Shown one piece after another: positions 58,188-64,000 of a stretch of 64,000 nucleotides of DNA. This stretch comes from Candidatus Moraniibacteriota bacterium (GTDB lineage: Bacteria > Patescibacteriota > Minisyncoccia > Moranbacterales > UBA1568), in contig CP064974.1 in NCBI GenBank assembly GCA_016699385.1, positions 692,654 through 756,653 on the forward strand. Direction: 5' to 3'. Numbering within the stretch: position 1 is the first letter of the stretch; every line of letters begins with the position of its first letter. A program made the position numbers and the translations under genes. Under the pieces are notes generated by a model. It saw only the letters and a list, made by a program, of their open reading frames with translations. It had not been told where the DNA came from and did not search any database.

Positions 58188-59201
58188 TCAACGCGAGCGA
58201 AATACTTCATACGCCGCATTCCAGAGCGCGGGAGTCTCCCGTTTCTCTTTGAGCCAGTACCACCACTCCGCTCCCCAGAGATACACCTCCGAAAAACCAA
58301 CCTGCTGTGCATATCGGACATTCTCAATGAGCTGCCCAGCATTCATCGTCTTCCACTGTTCATCGAGCGAAACATCCGTCAACGATCCATTTGCCCACGG
58401 CTCTGCCTGAAGTTCAATGACCATAAATCGTTCTTGATGCGTAAACAGCCGAACAAGCATTTCCTTGAAGCGAAAGAAATTCGGTCCAATCGGATACGTG
58501 ATATACCCAAAACGATTGCTCCAGAGCTTCCGATAGAGCGTTGTCCCAAATGCATCTCCGCGACTCGCTGCCGGAATCCACGTCGAAAGCTCGCCACTGT
58601 CGGTCGTGAGTATCGAACGAGAAGGATCTGCCATATGCGCAGCGGCAACCTCCCGATCAAGCACGTCACTCGAAATGGGCGGACAAATACCAAAAGCAAG
58701 AAACGGCTCATTCTCAATCTGCCAGAGAGAGATCTCTGAATGATTCTTGTATCGACCAATCGTCTCTTGAATAAAGCGAATCGCAGCTTCGTTTTTCAAT
58801 GCTTCTGTATCTGCCCATGCTGGGACAAAACACTCCGGCCATCGTGGCACCTTCTGCCCCACCGCGAGGATTACTTCGGCGCCATACTGCCGCGCCATAT
58901 CAAGTTGCCAGTCTATGTCCGAAAAATCAAAACTCCCGCGCTCACGCTCAACCGCATCCCAGTATACCGGGATGCGCACCCTCCGAACGCCCAGGTCAGA
59001 GAGAATCGCTCGCAGCGTTTCAGACGCATCGAGTCCCAAGTCCCGCGCAAACCGACTCGAGAATGTCACTCCGAACTGCACATCTTCGCGAGGTGCTGGC
59101 CCCGGAAGGTTGAAGTACACAAAAAGAATCACCGAAAGAATACAAACAAAAAGAACCATCCACAGAGAAAATTTCAAAAACAGAAAAAATATTTTTTTCA
59201 T
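58188..59201 (-). CDS. Glycoside hydrolase, clan GH-A (GH5-like) with N-terminal membrane anchor
   Basis: (beta/alpha)8 hallmarks including the catalytic acid in WQIENEP and a late ELQAEPW nucleophile region. Start at MKKIFF. Confidence 0.55.
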   Translation of the reverse strand: MKKIFFLFLKFSLWMVLFVCILSVILFVYFNLPGPAPREDVQFGVTFSSRFARDLGLDASETLRAILSDLGVRRVRIPVYWDAVERERGSFDFSDIDWQLDMARQYGAEVILAVGQKVPRWPECFVPAWADTEALKNEAAIRFIQETIGRYKNHSEISLWQIENEPFLAFGICPPISSDVLDREVAAAHMADPSRSILTTDSGELSTWIPAASRGDAFGTTLYRKLWSNRFGYITYPIGPNFFRFKEMLVRLFTHQERFMVIELQAEPWANGSLTDVSLDEQWKTMNAGQLIENVRYAQQVGFSEVYLWGAEWWYWLKEKRETPALWNAAYEVFRSR

Positions 59202-59206
59202 TTCTT

Positions 59207-60202
59207 TTAGAAAAGAGAAATCTCTCCGCGAACCGAGAGCCACACGCCGATTGATATACAAACAAAAGCGCCTGCCTTCCGAAGCCAATCTGCATGAGAC
59301 AATCTCTCCGAAAAAATAGTGGGAAATCTCCCTGAAAGGAGAAGTGCTATCAAGAAGACAAATGCAAATTGAACACCGACAAGCGCTTGAACAAGCGCAA
59401 CCGGTCCACGATATGTCGCAAATATGATGAGAATCGCACCAATCCCACCAAGCGTCTTGCCGGAAATAAAAATAAGCCATGTCGGGAGAGCGCCCGTCTG
59501 CCGACGTTGCAGAGTATTGCTCTGCGAAAGAGCAGAGCGAGAAAACATTGCTTTCCAAGAAGGCATCTTCTTGGGCAAAAATGGCATAATATCTCGACGA
59601 TATATGGGAATAAAAAGCAAAAGCATTCCACCAAGAAACACTCCAAATCGCGACCAGATGAGTCCACTCACAAAATTCGCCCCACTCCCTTCGCCAAACT
59701 TTATGAGAAGATAAAATCCTGCAAGAAATACACCCGAAAGAAGCGAAAGTCCAACATCTCTCCGCGAATACGGTCGCCCATCGGAGCCGGAAAAAGAAAG
59801 CAATACCGCGCCACCAAGCAACAAGAAAAACGAAAGAAAACCAAAAATGGGAATCTCCCCTGAAATAAAAATACGAACAATCGAAGGCAACAAAGTCACA
59901 ATCGCCGAGAAGATACCAACGAGTGGCAAAATCCTAGATACTTCACCTGTCTGAAATGCTGTAAACAAAAAAAGCAAGCTCCAGGAAAAGAGCATCCCCG
60001 ACACCAAGAAAATCGCCATCCCCATCGGCGGAAGTATCTGTAGTCCAAATGGTGCGAGCACAAATGAAACAAGGCTAAACAATGTTAAAAGTACAACATA
60101 TACAACCGGCTTCTCGATTCGCCCAGACACCAAAAACTTATCAGCAACCCCTGAAAGCGCCGTCATCCCATACCCCCCAATAGCCGCGAAGAGCCAGAGC
60201 AT
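59207..60202 (-). CDS. EamA-like (DMT superfamily) 10-TM transporter
   Basis: Two similar five-TM halves. No soluble domains. Confidence 0.45.
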   Translation of the reverse strand: MLWLFAAIGGYGMTALSGVADKFLVSGRIEKPVVYVVLLTLFSLVSFVLAPFGLQILPPMGMAIFLVSGMLFSWSLLFLFTAFQTGEVSRILPLVGIFSAIVTLLPSIVRIFISGEIPIFGFLSFFLLLGGAVLLSFSGSDGRPYSRRDVGLSLLSGVFLAGFYLLIKFGEGSGANFVSGLIWSRFGVFLGGMLLLFIPIYRRDIMPFLPKKMPSWKAMFSRSALSQSNTLQRRQTGALPTWLIFISGKTLGGIGAILIIFATYRGPVALVQALVGVQFAFVFLIALLLSGRFPTIFSERLSHADWLRKAGAFVCISIGVWLSVRGEISLF

Positions 60203-60315
60203 ATCTTTTTGTATTACAGCAAAGAAGAGTGACCTTCTTTCATTATACCATCAAAGCACTCAAAAAAGAGTGTAAAAAAGACAGCTACTCCTCTCTCGTT
60301 GACCACACCAAAAAA

Positions 60316-60972
60316 TCAGAAAAACCTCGAATAGACTCCTTTCACATCCGCAATCCACTTGGCAACGCTCTCTGGAGAGTGCCCCTCACAAGATGAACCA
60401 CACTTCCACACGATGAGTCGCTCCGGAGAATCCAGATGCTTCTCGTGGACAAGCTCAGAAAGCCGATTGCCTACGGTTTCAATTGCTTCCTCTGGACCTG
60501 CAAAACACGCGTAGCCCATACTCGTACCGCGACTCCCCGTTCCTTTGTAGCCCCAGTAATTGTAACAGTCAAGACTATCCTTCGTCGGCGCGTGCTCGCC
60601 CCACGAGCTTTCCTTCCGAGCAATGCTCACCAAAAATGCCGCCGTCTCATGGTCACGCTTCGCAAGAAAAGGCACCATCGTTTCCATCGGCTCGCCCTGA
60701 AGCGTCGAGGCAAGAAGCATTCGAAATCGGAAGTCTTCCTCTGATTCACCCGTCCTTGGAGATGTTTCCGCTTCACATGACGGAGAAACAAACGCCTCTT
60801 CCACACTGAAATCAGCGCTACCTCCATGAAATTCCAACGGGTTGTCCTGCACACTTATATCCGACGCCTGTACCACAGTCGGCATCCCACTAAAAAAGAA
60901 CGCAAAAAAGAGGCTCAAAAAGCCAAAGAGTCCGAAAATACGCCGTGTCCCCCTGCATAAAGGAATATCCAT
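60316..60972 (-). CDS. Secreted GH73-like glucosaminidase-domain protein (paralog A)
   Basis: Signal peptide. LVSIARKESSWGEH...NYWGYKG resembles the GH73 AQA.LESGWG...NNLFGIK catalytic region. The C-terminal domain is shared with the next gene. Confidence 0.45.
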   Translation of the reverse strand: MDIPLCRGTRRIFGLFGFLSLFFAFFFSGMPTVVQASDISVQDNPLEFHGGSADFSVEEAFVSPSCEAETSPRTGESEEDFRFRMLLASTLQGEPMETMVPFLAKRDHETAAFLVSIARKESSWGEHAPTKDSLDCYNYWGYKGTGSRGTSMGYACFAGPEEAIETVGNRLSELVHEKHLDSPERLIVWKCGSSCEGHSPESVAKWIADVKGVYSRFF

Positions 60973-61021
60973 ATAAAAAAGTGTTACCGAACGATAACAC
61001 TTATTTCTATCATATTTAATT

Positions 61022-62071
61022 CTATTCGTCAAGCTGGTGGAAATAGAGATCGACATCCTGAATCCACTTCTTCGTGTCCGCTTTGTTGTGAGTCGAGCAG
61101 TCATATCCGCACTTCCACACCACCATCATTTCTGCCGGCGTATCGACTTTCTCCGCATAGATGAGTTTCTCCAGACGACGCGACACCGTATCAACCGCAT
61201 CCTTCGGGCTATTGAAACACGTATGCCCGCCCGTCCCCATGAGGCGACGCTTCCCGCGATACCCCCAATAATTGAAGCAATCGTGACTCTTCAAGAGCGG
61301 CACTCGCTTCCCCCATGCACTCTCTTTCTTGGCAATGCCGACGAGAAATGCCGCCACAATTTTATCTTTCTCCATAATATACGGCACCATGTCTTCTATC
61401 GGATACCCCGAAACCATCTCTCGAATCTTTACTTCAAGCGCTTCTTTTTCTTCAATCTCCCGAATGCTCTCAAGATCATCCGTCACCTCGTTTACAAAAC
61501 GATCATCAGACTGATCACTCGCCCCGAGGACAGTTGGCTCATCTGGTATCACTGGTTCAGGGCGTTCTAGGACAACCTTTGAAGTGGCTATGGATTCTCC
61601 CTGAGCAAAGGCGTGCTCACCAAAATATCGATAGGTCAATGTTGTCGAAATCACGCCAAGAAAAACTGCGCCGACGAGCGACGTGCGAAGTGCGAGACGT
61701 GGAGAAAGTGAGAAGAGAGCGCCTGTTCTTATAATACATTTTTCAACCGCACGAAGCCGACACGCATACCGATACCGCAGAGACACTGGGTGCAAGTGCT
61801 TACTCTCGGCAGACATGCCCGGAGAACGCAACCGAATATCATCAATATGCTTCCGTGATAATCCTTCTGATTCTTTCGAGTGGGGACGACCACCATAGGC
61901 AATGCGACTTCCACGAAAAAACACGGTTGATTCAAGTGGCTGTGCAAGAAAATCACGAGAAGAATGTACGTTCTTCCGGACAACGGCGGTCTCTGATTGT
62001 TTTTGTTTCAGAGCAACATCGATATACACGCGCCCTCTCGCACCTCGCGATGTTTGTGAAGGTAAATTCAT
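61022..62071 (-). CDS. Secreted GH73-like glucosaminidase-domain protein (paralog B); start uncertain
   Basis: LVGIAKKESAWGKR...NYWGYRG and C-terminal MVVWKCGYDC... are paralogous to 60316-60972 (MVPYIMEKD vs MVPFLAKRD, VWKCG.C). Confidence 0.4.
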   Translation of the reverse strand: MNLPSQTSRGARGRVYIDVALKQKQSETAVVRKNVHSSRDFLAQPLESTVFFRGSRIAYGGRPHSKESEGLSRKHIDDIRLRSPGMSAESKHLHPVSLRYRYACRLRAVEKCIIRTGALFSLSPRLALRTSLVGAVFLGVISTTLTYRYFGEHAFAQGESIATSKVVLERPEPVIPDEPTVLGASDQSDDRFVNEVTDDLESIREIEEKEALEVKIREMVSGYPIEDMVPYIMEKDKIVAAFLVGIAKKESAWGKRVPLLKSHDCFNYWGYRGKRRLMGTGGHTCFNSPKDAVDTVSRRLEKLIYAEKVDTPAEMMVVWKCGYDCSTHNKADTKKWIQDVDLYFHQLDE

Positions 62072-62087
62072 GATTTCACTTCTATTT

Positions 62088-62489
62088 CTATTGAATGCCA
62101 GCTTTCTCTTTAAAGAACTTTTCAGCATCTGGCCCACCAACAAAACATTTCCCTTCCGCCCAGACAAATGGCACGCCCATGCTGGACTTTTCTATCTTAC
62201 ATTCATCGGCTCGGCTCTGCATTTCGCGAGAGTTTTTCGTATTGTGCCACACTTCTTTCTTCGCAAAAGAAACCTTCTCGGCGATATGATTTTCTTCGAG
62301 AAATTTCTCAAGATCTTTGCAATGCGGACATTCTTTCCCGTAATAATAGACTATCGACGAATTGGGATCACCAGAATCATCAGGTGATGGAGCGCTTGCC
62401 GATGGCGCACTCGTGATTCCCCAGGCAATAAAACCCAAGATTCCCACGACGAGAGCACCTATAAGAGCCACCTTTGCATACTGAGACAT
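62088..62489 (-). CDS. Membrane-anchored thioredoxin-fold protein (CPHC active site)
   Basis: N-terminal TM helix, then YYYGKECPHCKDLEKFL glutaredoxin/thioredoxin-like CxxC. Confidence 0.6.
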   Translation of the reverse strand: MSQYAKVALIGALVVGILGFIAWGITSAPSASAPSPDDSGDPNSSIVYYYGKECPHCKDLEKFLEENHIAEKVSFAKKEVWHNTKNSREMQSRADECKIEKSSMGVPFVWAEGKCFVGGPDAEKFFKEKAGIQ

Positions 62490-62507
62490 ACATGCGCAAA
62501 TAAAGGA

Positions 62508-63356
62508 TTACCCTGTACGAGAAAGTATAGCATTTCTTCCCTTTCTCATCCACCACAAGAGAATTCCTGCAGCAACAATCAGCGCCAAGCAAAGGATCTG
62601 TCCTAACGTAAAAATACTCCAAATAAAGCCGATCTGCCTGTCTGGCTCACGGAGATATTCGAGAAAGAATCGAATCCCTCCATACAAACCAAGCGCCCAG
62701 GCAAAAAGTTTCCCCGGAATCTTCATTCGCTTTGAGAGAACAAGAAGCGCCGCCCAAAGAACCACTCCTTCGCCACACGCCTCATAGAGTTGGGACGGAT
62801 GATGAAGGAATGCATCGCCAGCACGCGGAAAGAACATGCCCCATGACACACTCGTCACGCGACCAAAGAGCTCTCCCGTAAAAAAGTTCCCGAGACGCCC
62901 AAAGAAAATAGCAATCGGCACAGAGAGCGCTACCGCATCCAACAATACACACACAGACTTCCGATACTTCCAAGCAAAAACAAGTACTGCGAGCACTATA
63001 CCAACAATTCCCCCATGAGCGCTCATACCAGCAATACCAATCCATGCGCCCGTTTCAAGATCAAATGGCGAGACAAGCGAAGCGGGATGTGCAACGAAAA
63101 AAGCAGCATTATAGAAAATCGCGTATCCAAATCGAGCACCAATAATTGCACCACCGAGAAGAAACAGAGAAAAATCTAAGAATTCCTCTCGAGAAAGCAC
63201 TGCTATAGAATCTCGGCAAGTCACTCCCCACAAAAATAACAAAGAAAAAAGTGCACCAAGAAGAAAAGTGACGCTATACCAAGAAAGAGAAAAACTGCCG
63301 AAAGAACAAACAATCGGATTAATGTGTTCTGGAATATGCTGCCACCAATTCATCAT
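62508..63356 (-). CDS. lgt: Prolipoprotein diacylglyceryl transferase
   Basis: Lgt signature GRLGNFFTGELFGR. Conserved H and Y in early TM helices. 282 aa. Confidence 0.85.
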   Translation of the reverse strand: MMNWWQHIPEHINPIVCSFGSFSLSWYSVTFLLGALFSLLFLWGVTCRDSIAVLSREEFLDFSLFLLGGAIIGARFGYAIFYNAAFFVAHPASLVSPFDLETGAWIGIAGMSAHGGIVGIVLAVLVFAWKYRKSVCVLLDAVALSVPIAIFFGRLGNFFTGELFGRVTSVSWGMFFPRAGDAFLHHPSQLYEACGEGVVLWAALLVLSKRMKIPGKLFAWALGLYGGIRFFLEYLREPDRQIGFIWSIFTLGQILCLALIVAAGILLWWMRKGRNAILSRTG

Positions 63357-64000
63357 GCCGATCCACTCTGATTGTAGGTATCAAGATCCACCTTGAACTC
63401 CCGCGCATAGATCCGAACCAGTGCAAGAAAAAACGAAACAATGATCGGTCCGATAAGCAACCCCACAATACCAAAAAGAGCAATACCGCCAAGCGTTGAG
63501 AAAAACACTAGGAGCGGATGAATCTGCGTATCGCGCCCCACAAATTTCGGTCGAAGTACATTGTCTATCGTCGAAATAATCCCTACGCCAAAAGCAAGCA
63601 GAAAGGCCCCTTGCCATGCATCTCCTGAGAAAAGGAGCCAAAGCCCCATCGGAAGCCAGACAATACCAGACCCGACCGCCGGAATAAGCGAGAAAAATCC
63701 CATCACTGCTCCCCAGATAGCCGGCGATGAAACCCCGGCGACTGCGACACCAATACCACCCACAACTCCCTGCAGAATCGCGACAGCGATAGAACCCTTC
63801 ACGACCGCCCGACTCATAGATGCAAAGTCATACATAAGCTCCTCATCATCACGATCCGACAGAGGGCTCATACGTTTCAAGAAATTCAGCACGCACTCAC
63901 CATCAATGAGAAAGTAAAAGAGCGCGAAGAAGAGTGCAAATATCCAAAGAATCAACCCCGCGACACTTCCATAGAGTGCTTGCAGAAACGAAATGAAAGC
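63353..64000 (-). CDS. AI-2E family transporter (PerM/UPF0118), partial; continues beyond the window end
   Basis: C-terminal GIVGLLIGPIIVSFFLALVRIYAREF is typical of AI-2E. The frame remains open upstream of 63955 to position 64000. It overlaps lgt by 4 nt. Confidence 0.7.
   Translation of the reverse strand, partial: AFISFLQALYGSVAGLILWIFALFFALFYFLIDGECVLNFLKRMSPLSDRDDEELMYDFASMSRAVVKGSIAVAILQGVVGGIGVAVAGVSSPAIWGAVMGFFSLIPAVGSGIVWLPMGLWLLFSGDAWQGAFLLAFGVGIISTIDNVLRPKFVGRDTQIHPLLVFFSTLGGIALFGIVGLLIGPIIVSFFLALVRIYAREFKVDLDTYNQSGSA

Noticed and set aside
58134-59863. Plus-strand ORFs 58134-58739, 58740-59210, 59369-59863
   Set aside because: They lie antisense to the GH clan-A hydrolase and the EamA-like transporter. 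They are basic low-complexity sequence.

Overview
The window is about 64 kb of gene-dense bacterial DNA at roughly 50% GC, and most genes lie on the minus strand. Many small secreted or membrane proteins and a type IV pilus set are present; I infer an uncultivated, possibly CPR/Patescibacteria-like organism, which is not proven.

Features called, by position:
- 0.6-2.3 kb: a tRNA cluster, tRNA-fMet(CAT), tRNA-Ile(GAT) and tRNA-Ala(TGC). It contains a GIY-YIG nuclease gene wedged between a truncated, palindrome-disrupted tRNA-fMet copy and an intact tRNA-fMet. A YgjP/DUF45 hydrolase sits between the Ile and Ala tRNAs, and no rRNA is present.
- 2.5-11.1 kb: a CAP-domain secreted protein and a type IV pilus locus (pilO, pilN, pilM, a PilX-like minor pilin, two prepilin-type proteins, pilC).
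- 11.1-20.4 kb: msrAB fusion, an M23+vWA secreted protein, a minimal nucleotidyltransferase-like ORF, uvrA (with a low-complexity insertion) and a DUF389 membrane protein.
- 20.5-26.1 kb: a lower-GC accessory island abutting the 3' end of tRNA-Ser(GCT). It carries a five-gene operon (TspO, SOUL heme-binding, DUF2177, ICMT/DUF1295-like, DenV-type pyrimidine-dimer glycosylase) and a cassette (XRE HTH with upstream inverted-repeat operator, Bro-N-like, a DpnI-like methyl-directed restriction endonuclease, a Zn-ribbon protein).
- 26.5-30.3 kb: an RRM RNA-binding protein with a long structured leader, an L,D-transpeptidase, DUF378, MscS, tRNA-Ser(TGA) and a tRNA-Arg with an unusual GCG anticodon.
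- 30.4-33.7 kb: an adjacent dockerin-like/FN3 protein and a cohesin-like protein with TSP1-like Cys repeats, then an intact 763-bp IS1-family element with 8-bp target duplications and a frameshift in an A8 run.
- 33.7-54 kb: CBS protein, recG, an O-antigen-ligase-like protein, typA, then a minus-strand module: response regulator, PAS histidine kinase, membrane PAS sensor, MacB-like ABC transporter (FtsX permease and ATPase) and a 1995-aa surface protein with about 17 tandem Kelch-like repeats plus LamG and FN3 domains.
- 54-64 kb: smpB-ssrA (tmRNA), infC-rpmI-rplT with terminator, VanZ, a structured 350-bp intergenic region, a HAD phosphatase, a GH clan-A glycosidase, an EamA-like transporter, two tandem GH73-like paralogs, a thioredoxin-like CPHC protein, lgt and an AI-2E transporter running off the window end.

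No CRISPR array, rRNA or integrase was found.

The observations I rate highest are the DpnI cassette and the tRNA-fMet/GIY-YIG arrangement, followed by the TspO-SOUL-DenV operon and the giant-protein/ABC/two-component module.
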